From: Acidobacteriota bacterium
GTDB taxonomy: Bacteria; Acidobacteriota; Thermoanaerobaculia; Gp7-AA8
Reading direction: 5' to 3'
Assembly: GCA_039932995.1 (NCBI GenBank)
Contig: JBDTOZ010000740.1
Coordinates: forward strand, 1 to 52,923
Length of the DNA: 52,923 bases
The notes below the pieces were generated by a model that was given only the letters and a program-made list of their open reading frames with translations, was not told the origin of the DNA and did not search any database. Made by a program: the position numbers and the translations under genes. Of the stretch, positions 17,190-24,784 are shown one piece after another (positions within the stretch are counted from its first letter, which is position 1; each line of letters begins with the position of its first letter).

Positions 17190-18335
17190 ATGAAGATCAG
17201 TGAGAGATTTCTCAACACCAAAGCTGCCGTCTTTGCGCTGGTGGCGGGAGTGTTCGGTGCCGTCGCGGCCATGAGCACGCCCGTGATCTCCAGCGACACC
17301 CACTTCTACATGTCTCTGGCCCGCGCCATAGTGGAGGGGAAGAGCGACGTCTTTCTCACGTCGAGGTCAGCCACATGGACGGTGCTGACCTTCCCGGCGC
17401 TGCTTGCTCTCGCACAGCGCATTGCTCCGACGCACTGGGCCGCGGTGATGGTGGCCCTGAATGTGGTCGTCGGTGCGCTGACGGCGGTGCTGCTTCTGTG
17501 GGTCGTGACTTTTGTCACGCGATCCCAACTCGCGTTGGGTGTGGCGCTTTTGTTCTACGTCAGTGCTTACGACATTCTGGCCTGGCTGAAATTCGTGCTC
17601 ACGGACATGGTGTACAGCTGCATCGCACTGGCGGCTTTTGGGGTGGCTTTGCAGGGCATCATGCGGGAGAAGTCGACGATGCGACGCCGCATTCTTCTGG
17701 GCGTCCTGCTCCTGGCGAGCTTCATCACCCGGCCGGCGGGTGCGATCCTCGTTCCCTTGGTCCTCCTCACCGAATGGATGGCGGTGAAGCGCCGGGCGCC
17801 CTGGCTGCTGTTGATGGTGTTGGCGCTGGTTGTTTTCTTCATCCGCGCGTACGTGTACGACGACATGCGACGTTGGCCCTTCGACTTCATGAAGCCGAAA
17901 CTGGAAGAGTACGCCCTTCGCGAAAGTACGGGCGAAGTGGTCTGGGGACGGCAGGAGTCATTCCGCCCGCCACCATCCTCGGTCCTCGACCGGCTGACCA
18001 TCCAGACGGATCGGTTCGTCCGATTCTTCCAGATCACCACGTCGGGATTCTCGCGAGCCCACAATCTCATCAATCTCGGGTACTACGTGCCGCTCTATCT
18101 TCTGGCGCTCCTCGGCGTCATCGGCGGATTCCGTTCGTCGGACTGGCGCGTTTGCGTGGCCGTTCAGGCGACGGTGATTTGGATTCTTGGGTCGGCGTGG
18201 TTCCACGCCATCACCATTCTCGACTTTGATTGGCGCTACCGGCTGCCCGTGATGCCGCAGCTCATTCTGCTCGCGGCGGCTGGCGTCGACGCAATCGTGC
18301 GCCGATTCGCACCTCAGCCTTGGCCGGAGCGATAG
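17190..18335 (+). CDS. polytopic membrane protein, putative GT-C/ArnT-like glycosyltransferase
   Basis: ATG 17190 preceded by GGAGAG. About 381 aa with many TM helices and one large soluble loop (YDDMRRWPFDFMKPKLEEYALRESTG...). The family assignment comes from architecture and context only. Confidence 0.5.
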   Translation: MKISERFLNTKAAVFALVAGVFGAVAAMSTPVISSDTHFYMSLARAIVEGKSDVFLTSRSATWTVLTFPALLALAQRIAPTHWAAVMVALNVVVGALTAVLLLWVVTFVTRSQLALGVALLFYVSAYDILAWLKFVLTDMVYSCIALAAFGVALQGIMREKSTMRRRILLGVLLLASFITRPAGAILVPLVLLTEWMAVKRRAPWLLLMVLALVVFFIRAYVYDDMRRWPFDFMKPKLEEYALRESTGEVVWGRQESFRPPPSSVLDRLTIQTDRFVRFFQITTSGFSRAHNLINLGYYVPLYLLALLGVIGGFRSSDWRVCVAVQATVIWILGSAWFHAITILDFDWRYRLPVMPQLILLAAAGVDAIVRRFAPQPWPER

Positions 18336-19126
18336 AAGCGGTCCGCGCTGTAAAACTGTTCCAGCGAGGCTGGGACGCGCGTATGCCAGCCCAGAAGTTG
18401 TCGGACGCGTTCCGCCTGTCGGAGGAGCGAGGCGTCGCCAATGCAGCGGACATAGTCGATTTGCTGTTTGAAGTACGAGCGGGTGAACTGTTCATTGACC
18501 GCGCAGCGATCGTGCCCCGTGGTGTTGGCGCCGGCCGCATGCCAAAGTGTGGAATCGAACACCACCACCGATCCGGCCGCGCACTCGGCGGGAACGGCGA
18601 CGTTCAGGCCCTCATCCGGCCGCGTGGCCGAAGACTGATGGGAGCCGAGGACCACCATTGTCGCGCCGTTTTCTTCGGCGAACTCGTCCACCGCGATTAA
18701 GACGTTGAGTGAGCACACGTAGCCATTCAAGACGCGGTTGAAATCGCGGTGGAGATTTCTTTGAAATGATGGGCCGTCGGAGGGGACTGAAGGTTGAAGG
18801 ATGAGGCCGTTTTGGAGGTGCAGCACCGCGGTCGGAGAGAGTACTGCGTCGACGATCTTGAGGATCGCGGGCGATTCGAGGAGATGGAAGAAGACGTCAT
18901 CCGCCAGCATCGGCGCACGCACGACGCCGAGTTCACCCGCGCGCCGGAGCACCTCTTCACTGACCCGCTGCTTCACTAAGGCCAGGCCGCGGTAGAGACC
19001 GCTGCGTACGGTTTCCATGAACTTTCTTTCAAATACCTCCTCCACGATCACGCATCCCGTCGTACGGAGCGCGAGGAGGATCATCGGAAGGGCATCGTGC
19101 TGGCGGAGGGCCACTCGCGGAATCAC
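18314..19126 (-). CDS. phytanoyl-CoA dioxygenase (PhyH) family Fe(II)/2-oxoglutarate oxygenase
   Basis: HRDFN and LWHAAGANTTGHDR segments typical of the PhyH family, about 270 aa. The GTG start at 19126 is uncertain; an alternative ATG lies at 19084. Confidence 0.75.
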   Translation of the reverse strand: MIPRVALRQHDALPMILLALRTTGCVIVEEVFERKFMETVRSGLYRGLALVKQRVSEEVLRRAGELGVVRAPMLADDVFFHLLESPAILKIVDAVLSPTAVLHLQNGLILQPSVPSDGPSFQRNLHRDFNRVLNGYVCSLNVLIAVDEFAEENGATMVVLGSHQSSATRPDEGLNVAVPAECAAGSVVVFDSTLWHAAGANTTGHDRCAVNEQFTRSYFKQQIDYVRCIGDASLLRQAERVRQLLGWHTRVPASLEQFYSADRFYRSGQG

Positions 19127-19150
19127 GCTTGCGGATTATAGTGAACCCGC

Positions 19151-19918
19151 TTGATCCGCCTCGATCCGCCAGGAACCTTCTGCCAGATTTCGGCCGTTCT
19201 CGACATGCTCGATAACGGCGCGAGGTCGTTCGTCGACGTCGGGTGTGGCTCCGGAAGCGTCTCCGCGGAACTCTGCCGCCGCGGTCTTACAGGGATGGGC
19301 ATCGATTCCTCTCCGGATGCGGTGAACGTCACGCGCTCGATGCTCCGCCAGTACGTCGATGCGGGACGGTTCGAAGCGTACTGCGTGGACGTTCACGAGG
19401 TTGTGGCGAATCGTGAAGAAGACGTTGCAATCAGCATGATGGTGGCCGAGCACGTGATCGACGACGTGCGATTCGTCCGCGCCGTGGAGAGGATGGTCAG
19501 ACCCGGTGGACAGGTCATCATTGGGGTTCCAGGTCGCCGCGATCATTGGGGGTTCGAGGATGAAGTGGTGGGCCACCTCCGTCGTTATGAACGCGAGGAT
19601 CTCCGTAAACTGCTGGTGAGCGCGGGGCTTACCGAGGTGCGGGTCTGGTCCGTAGCTGTTCCGGTCGCGAACCTGCTCTATCACTTGGGCAACCGGCTGG
19701 TTCGCCGCGCGACGGGAGCCGGGATCATGGCGCAGAGTTCGAAGGAGCAGACGAGCAGCAGCGGAATCCGGGATGTGCCGTGGAAGACCGTTTTTCCCGG
19801 GTGGTGCGCCGCGATCCTCAATCGCCGTACGCTCTATCCCTTGTTCCTCCTGCAGCGGCTGTTTTATCGAACTCGATACGGAGTCACTCTGCTGGCGTCG
19901 GGTCGGGTTCCACGTTGA
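19151..19918 (+). CDS. class I SAM-dependent methyltransferase
   Basis: Motif I VDVGCGSG, followed by MMVAEHV and VRPGGQVII. The TTG start at 19151 is uncertain; an alternative ATG lies at 19205. Confidence 0.7.
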   Translation: MIRLDPPGTFCQISAVLDMLDNGARSFVDVGCGSGSVSAELCRRGLTGMGIDSSPDAVNVTRSMLRQYVDAGRFEAYCVDVHEVVANREEDVAISMMVAEHVIDDVRFVRAVERMVRPGGQVIIGVPGRRDHWGFEDEVVGHLRRYEREDLRKLLVSAGLTEVRVWSVAVPVANLLYHLGNRLVRRATGAGIMAQSSKEQTSSSGIRDVPWKTVFPGWCAAILNRRTLYPLFLLQRLFYRTRYGVTLLASGRVPR

Positions 19919-21158
19919 TCGTCTCTTCGATGACATACAGCGGCCGCGCGCGCACCTGATCGAAGATCTTGCCGACGTAGATGCCGAGCACGCCGAGGGA
20001 GATCAGGATCGAGCCAGTGCTCACCAGAATCAAGACCACGAGCGAAGGCCATCCCTGCGCAAACCCGTGAAGGAAATAGAGGATCACCACGAGAAGTGCT
20101 CCGGCGAAGGCGCTCAGAAGAAAGAAGGAACCGAGGGCGACCGACGCGTACAACAGACGATTCGAATGGGACACCCAGCCGTCCAGCGCATGGCGCGCGA
20201 GCTTAATGAGGCCATAGGAGCTCCTGCCATAATGGCGGGGCCGATGGACCACTGGAACGTGCGCCGCGGGAAAGCCCAGCCAGCGCAGGAGGACGAGATA
20301 GTGGCGATGGGCGTCGCGGATGCGCAGGAATGCGTTCACCGCGCGACGGCTGAGCAGCGAGTAGCCTCCGATCAGCGGGTCGGCCTTCTGTCCGCCGGAC
20401 AGTCGATTCAGAATGCCGGTGAACAACCGCGCGGATGTGTTCTTGACCCAACTGTGAGCGCGCTCGCTACGCGTGGTGAGGACCACGTCGAATCCTTCGC
20501 AGGCTTTTGCGTGGAGGTGGGGGATGAACGAGGGGTCGTCCTGCAGGTCGCAGTCCATGACGACGACCCAGCGACCGCGGGCGTGCTCCAGTCCCGCGGT
20601 GATCGCCGGGTGCTGGCCGAAATTGCGGCTGAGCTTCACGCCTTTGATCCGTGAATCGCTGGCGCAGGCGGCAGTGATCCGGGACCAACTTTCGTCGTCG
20701 CTCCCGTCCTCGACCAGGATGATCTCGTACTCGGAGCTCATGTTTGCGAGTACGACCATCACGCTGCGAACAAACTCCGCGACGATCTCCGCAGCTCGAT
20801 AGACCGGGCTGACGATGGAAATGAGCGGGATGCCATCGCCTGGGGGCAGCCAGCGTTGCGCGAGCTCTTCCAGCAGTTCCGGATTCAGCTCCATCCGAAA
20901 GGCGGCCAGCATCGCCGTGGTTGGACCGGGCTCGAGCGGCTCGATTCCGCAGAAGCGTCGCCACGAAAGGCGGTCATCGAGCTCGCGAAGAAACACCTCA
21001 TCCGGGGCCCCGGTCCAGCGTTGCAGAAGGAGTCCCTTGAGAAGAGGAAGAAGGTCGGGTCGTGGAAGCGCGGCCGCGATCACATCCCAGGGTGCGCTCT
21101 CCCGGACGTGTTCAAGAAACTCTGGTTGCGGGCCGCGAAGCACGACGAGTTGAGGCAT
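19884..21158 (-). CDS. family 2 glycosyltransferase with two C-terminal TM helices (polyprenyl-phosphate sugar transferase type), carrying an N-terminal DUF772-like extension
   Basis: ISIVSPVY...EIILVEDGSDDES...VVMDCDLQDD (the DxD region of GT2). C-terminal TM helices LLYASVALGSFFLLSAFAGALLVVILYF and LVVLILVSTGSILISLGVLGIYV. The longest ATG start is 21158. The internal ATG 20894 would give a canonical protein of about 336 aa. Confidence 0.8.
   Translation of the reverse strand: MPQLVVLRGPQPEFLEHVRESAPWDVIAAALPRPDLLPLLKGLLLQRWTGAPDEVFLRELDDRLSWRRFCGIEPLEPGPTTAMLAAFRMELNPELLEELAQRWLPPGDGIPLISIVSPVYRAAEIVAEFVRSVMVVLANMSSEYEIILVEDGSDDESWSRITAACASDSRIKGVKLSRNFGQHPAITAGLEHARGRWVVVMDCDLQDDPSFIPHLHAKACEGFDVVLTTRSERAHSWVKNTSARLFTGILNRLSGGQKADPLIGGYSLLSRRAVNAFLRIRDAHRHYLVLLRWLGFPAAHVPVVHRPRHYGRSSYGLIKLARHALDGWVSHSNRLLYASVALGSFFLLSAFAGALLVVILYFLHGFAQGWPSLVVLILVSTGSILISLGVLGIYVGKIFDQVRARPLYVIEETINVEPDPTPAE
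20860..21056 (-). pseudogene. IS5-type transposase N-terminal (DUF772-like) remnant, in frame with the GT2 gene
   Basis: LLPLLKGLLLQRWTGAPDEVFLRELDDRLSWRRFCGIEPLEPGPTTAMLAAFRMEL follows the L..L....Q.W......D....L.DR.S.R.F.G.....P...T...FR..L pattern of InsH-like N-terminal domains. No DDE catalytic domain follows. Confidence 0.55.
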
Positions 21159-21187
21159 TGTATCGTGTATCCTGACTGGCCAGATCC

Positions 21188-21829
21188 ATGGCGAAGAGTG
21201 AACCCATCGCTGCGGTGGTCGAGTACTACGAGGCGAAGCTGGCACTATTCGGCAGCACCGCACGCGGCGTCGACTGGAAGGACGAGCGCTCGCAATTGCT
21301 GCGGTTCGAGCAGCTCATCCGCGCGCTTCGTCTCGACGGCCGCACCGCTCCCTTCACGCTCATCGACTTCGGTTGCGGTTACGGTGCCCTGCGGCCATTC
21401 CTCGAGCGCCAACGATTCACATGCACGTACGTTGGGTACGACCGCTCCCTGCGGATGGTCGAGGAAGCGCGGCGCGAGTTCGGGAGTTTTCCCCGCACCA
21501 CCTTTACGTCGGACTGGGAGGACCTTCCGCACGCCGACTACGTGGTCGCCAGCGGCGTGTTCAACGTCCGGCTGTCCACGTCGGATGAAACGTGGCGTCA
21601 CTACGTACTCGACACGATGGCTGGGATCGACGAAAAGGCGGAGCGGGGATGGGCCGTGAATTTTCTCACCGCCTACGCGGACGAGGATCGCAAGCGGGCC
21701 GATCTCCATTACGCCTCGCCTCAGGAGCTGTTCGACTGGTGTCTTCGATCGGCATCGAGCAAGATCGCGCTTCTCCACGACTACGGTCTGTATGAGTTCA
21801 CCATCGGCATTACGCGGCAATCGAGGTGA
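21188..21829 (+). CDS. class I SAM-dependent methyltransferase
   Basis: Motif I LIDFGCGYGAL, 213 aa. Heads a co-directional, overlapping four-gene run. Confidence 0.7.
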   Translation: MAKSEPIAAVVEYYEAKLALFGSTARGVDWKDERSQLLRFEQLIRALRLDGRTAPFTLIDFGCGYGALRPFLERQRFTCTYVGYDRSLRMVEEARREFGSFPRTTFTSDWEDLPHADYVVASGVFNVRLSTSDETWRHYVLDTMAGIDEKAERGWAVNFLTAYADEDRKRADLHYASPQELFDWCLRSASSKIALLHDYGLYEFTIGITRQSR

Positions 21830-22563
21830 CGGTGGACGGCAAGCAGCGAACGGTCGTGATCGAGCAGCCGAATTTCATCCCCTGGCTCGGCTACTTCGAC
21901 CTGATCCGCCAGTCGGACGTCTTCGTCTGGTATGACGACGTGCAATACACGAAGCGAGACTGGCGCAATCGTAATCACGTGGCGGGCGACGGACAAGCCA
22001 CAAGGCTGACCATCCCGGTGAAGACGAAGGGACGGCGGGAACAACTCATCTGCAGCGTCGAGATCGACTACAGCCAGCCGTGGGAGCGAAAGCATCTCGA
22101 GACTCTCCGGAGCCTGTACGGACGCGCGCCGTTTTTCGATGTAACTTACGATGTTATCAGAAAAGCCGTTGAGGCCAGGCCGGCACTTCTGGCGGACCTG
22201 ACCATCGGATTGAACGAAGGATTGTGCGCATTGCTGGGCTTCGTCCGCACCTTTGTGCGCAGCTCGCAGTTGCCGCCCATGGTCGCCGGCCGACAAGAGC
22301 GCTTGATGCAACTCTGCAGCGATGAAGGGGGCGGGGTGTACCTGTCCGGGCCTGCGGCGCGCGCCTATCTCGATCCTGCACCGTTCGGGAAGGCCGGAAT
22401 CGAGCTGCGCTATATCGTTTACGACTATCCGCCCTACGAGCGCGGAGGACCATTCATGCCTAACCTCTCCATCGTCGATGCCCTGGCCTGGCTCGGTCCA
22501 GAGGGCACGGCCGCATTTCTCGGGCAACATGGGCGCTCGGAAGTGGAACCGATCGCGTGCTGA
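21826..22563 (+). CDS. WbqC-like family protein
   Basis: N-terminus VIEQPNFIPWLGYFDLIRQSDVFVWYDDVQYTKRDWRNRN matches the WbqC-family pattern as I remember it. The GTG start overlaps the upstream stop (GTGA). Confidence 0.7.
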   Translation: MTVDGKQRTVVIEQPNFIPWLGYFDLIRQSDVFVWYDDVQYTKRDWRNRNHVAGDGQATRLTIPVKTKGRREQLICSVEIDYSQPWERKHLETLRSLYGRAPFFDVTYDVIRKAVEARPALLADLTIGLNEGLCALLGFVRTFVRSSQLPPMVAGRQERLMQLCSDEGGGVYLSGPAARAYLDPAPFGKAGIELRYIVYDYPPYERGGPFMPNLSIVDALAWLGPEGTAAFLGQHGRSEVEPIAC

Positions 22564-23474
22564 ACTGGATCCGACGGGGCCGCGTGTTTCCACCGGTCGA
22601 TGCGGCGCTCCCTGCGTGGATGGGTGTCTATGGATCGCTGCCCTTCGCCGTGACTGATACGCCGAGAAGCGCGCGTATCTTCTTTTCGGGACGGGACGAG
22701 GGCAACCGCGCAAGCATTGCGGCCTGCTCCTTCGATCTAGACCGGCTCGCGGTCATTTCAGACAGCATCACGACGGAACCGTTGGTGGGTCCGGGTCCGG
22801 CCGGTACATTCGACGAGAGTGGGTGTTCAGTCTCCTGCCTGGTGCGAGAAAAGGGTCGCTGGTTTCTGTATTACACGGGTTGGATGTTGGGCCGTACGGT
22901 ACCGTTCTATCTGGCAGTGGGGTTGGCCATCAGCGATGATGGCGGGCGTACCTTCGTCAAGCATTCCATGGCTCCCATCCTCGATCGTAATGAAGTCGAT
23001 CCGATTCTGACCGCGTCCCCCTCGGTGCTCGTGGTCGATGGCCTCTGGCGCATGTGGTACGTGTCGGCGGTGCGATGGGAAGGAGGGCGGGACGGATCCC
23101 GCCATCATTACCTGATCAAGTACGCGCAGTCGCGCGACGGCATTCGGTGGGATCGCGACGGGAGGTTGGCCATCCCCTTTCGGACTCCTGACGAATACGC
23201 GATGGGGCGTCCACATGTCGTCCGCGACGCCGGTCTTTATCGGATGTGGTATTGCATTCGAGGAGACCGATACCGTCTCGCCTATGCGGAGTCGAACGAC
23301 GGTCTGGTGTGGCGGCGGTGCGACGCCGGATTTCCCGCGCGTGCGGATTGGGATGCGGAGATGCAAGCCTACCCGATGGTTCTGCGCGACGGAGGTCGCT
23401 GGCTGATGTTCTACAACGGCAACCGCTATGGGGCGACGGGGTTCGGATGCGCGACGGCCGAGGCCGAGCCTTGA
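22557..23474 (+). CDS. putative five-bladed beta-propeller glycoside-hydrolase-like protein
   Basis: Repeated blade-like segments: WFLYYTGW, WRMWYVS, YRMWYCIRG, WLMFYNGN, and DGG.TF / DG..W turns. The fold assignment is inferred. Confidence 0.5.
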   Translation: MLNWIRRGRVFPPVDAALPAWMGVYGSLPFAVTDTPRSARIFFSGRDEGNRASIAACSFDLDRLAVISDSITTEPLVGPGPAGTFDESGCSVSCLVREKGRWFLYYTGWMLGRTVPFYLAVGLAISDDGGRTFVKHSMAPILDRNEVDPILTASPSVLVVDGLWRMWYVSAVRWEGGRDGSRHHYLIKYAQSRDGIRWDRDGRLAIPFRTPDEYAMGRPHVVRDAGLYRMWYCIRGDRYRLAYAESNDGLVWRRCDAGFPARADWDAEMQAYPMVLRDGGRWLMFYNGNRYGATGFGCATAEAEP

Positions 23475-24616
23475 AGAAGATTCCGTTCAACATGCCTGCC
23501 ATCGTGGGCCGTGAGCTTCAATACATCGAGGAGGCCGTGAGGAGCGGCCATCTCGCAGGCGATGGGGAGTTCACGAAGCGTTGCGAGCGCTGGCTCGAAG
23601 AACAGGGTGGTGCGCAAAGGGTTTTGCTCACGCACTCCTGCACGGCTGCGTTGGAGATCGCGGCCATGCTGTGCGGCCTGGGGGAAGGTGACGAGGTGAT
23701 CTTGCCCTCCTTCACCTTCGTTTCCACCGCCAATGCCTTTGTGCTGCGCGGGGCCACCCCGGTGTTCGTGGACATCGACGAACAGACCTTGAATATCGAT
23801 CCGGCTCTCATCGAAGAAGCCATCACCGACCGGACGCGCGCCATCGTTCCCGTGCACTACGCCGGGGTTGGGTGTGACATGGATGCCATCGTGAACATTG
23901 CCTCCAGGCATCATCTGCGTGTGGTGGAGGACGCGGCGCAGGCGCTCGGCGGGAAGTATCGCGGCCGAAGCCTTGGCGCCATCGGGGACTTGGGATGTTG
24001 GAGCTTCCACGAGACGAAGAACTTCATCAGCGGAGAGGGTGGTGCGCTGGTCGTTCAGGATCCCGCGCTGGTCGAGCGGGCTGAGATCATCCGAGAGAAG
24101 GGGACCGATCGATCGCGGTTCTTTCGCGGACAGGTGGACAAATACACGTGGATCGACATCGGGTCGTCCTATCTGCCGTCCGAACTGGTGGCCGCGTATC
24201 TCTATGCTCAACTCGAGCGAGCGGAGGCCATCCTGGCCAAGCGGCGGAGCATCTTCGCCCGATACCATGAGGCATTCGGGCCCCTGCAGACGGAAGGGCG
24301 GCTCCGGCTTCCTACGGTTCCCCCAGGCTGCGAGCCGAACGGGCACCTCTTCTACCTCATCCTGAACAGCGAGCAGGAGCGCGACGGGCTGCTCACCTAT
24401 CTCAACGCTGCGGGCGTGAACGCGGTGTTTCACTATGTGCCGCTGCACGACTCTCCGGCAGGAGAGCGTTACGGCCGGACCAGCGGCAGCCTGCGAATCA
24501 CGGATGACATCAGCCGGCGTCTGCTGCGGCTTCCCTGCTACTTCGCTCTCGGCGAGCACGAACAGCAGCGCGTCCTAGAGACCGTTGGAGGCTTCTTCCG
24601 AGGCGGTGTGTCCTAA
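23471..24616 (+). CDS. wecE: dTDP-4-amino-4,6-dideoxygalactose transaminase-like (DegT/DnrJ/EryC1 family)
   Basis: Extended collinear similarity to E. coli WecE as remembered: IPFN.P..G.EL.Y...A...G.L.GDG.FT.RC..WLE, LPSFTFVSTANAFVLRGA, VPVHYAGV, FHETKN, REKGT.RS.FFRGQVDKYTW.DIGSSYL. TTG 23471 overlaps the upstream TGA. Confidence 0.9.
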   Translation: MKKIPFNMPAIVGRELQYIEEAVRSGHLAGDGEFTKRCERWLEEQGGAQRVLLTHSCTAALEIAAMLCGLGEGDEVILPSFTFVSTANAFVLRGATPVFVDIDEQTLNIDPALIEEAITDRTRAIVPVHYAGVGCDMDAIVNIASRHHLRVVEDAAQALGGKYRGRSLGAIGDLGCWSFHETKNFISGEGGALVVQDPALVERAEIIREKGTDRSRFFRGQVDKYTWIDIGSSYLPSELVAAYLYAQLERAEAILAKRRSIFARYHEAFGPLQTEGRLRLPTVPPGCEPNGHLFYLILNSEQERDGLLTYLNAAGVNAVFHYVPLHDSPAGERYGRTSGSLRITDDISRRLLRLPCYFALGEHEQQRVLETVGGFFRGGVS

Positions 24617-24708
24617 GAACGCGCAGGTAAGCGGCGTTCAACGGCCGATCTGACGGCGCACGAGATTGGCGACCTCTGAGCCGTGGAATCGCCGCCGGCC
24701 TGCAGCTC

Positions 24709-24769
24709 AAAAAAGTCGTGCCGCCCGTGCGGATTCCGGTGTTGCGGGAACCCGCACGGCGCGGCGCGG
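24709..24769 (-). terminator. intrinsic terminator downstream of the S74-domain gene
   Basis: On the minus strand: a long GC stem (CCGCGCCGCGCCGTGCGGG ... CCGCACGGGCGGCACGAC) followed by TTTTTT (24709-24714). Confidence 0.65.
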
Positions 24770-24784
24770 TAAGGGGAAACTACC

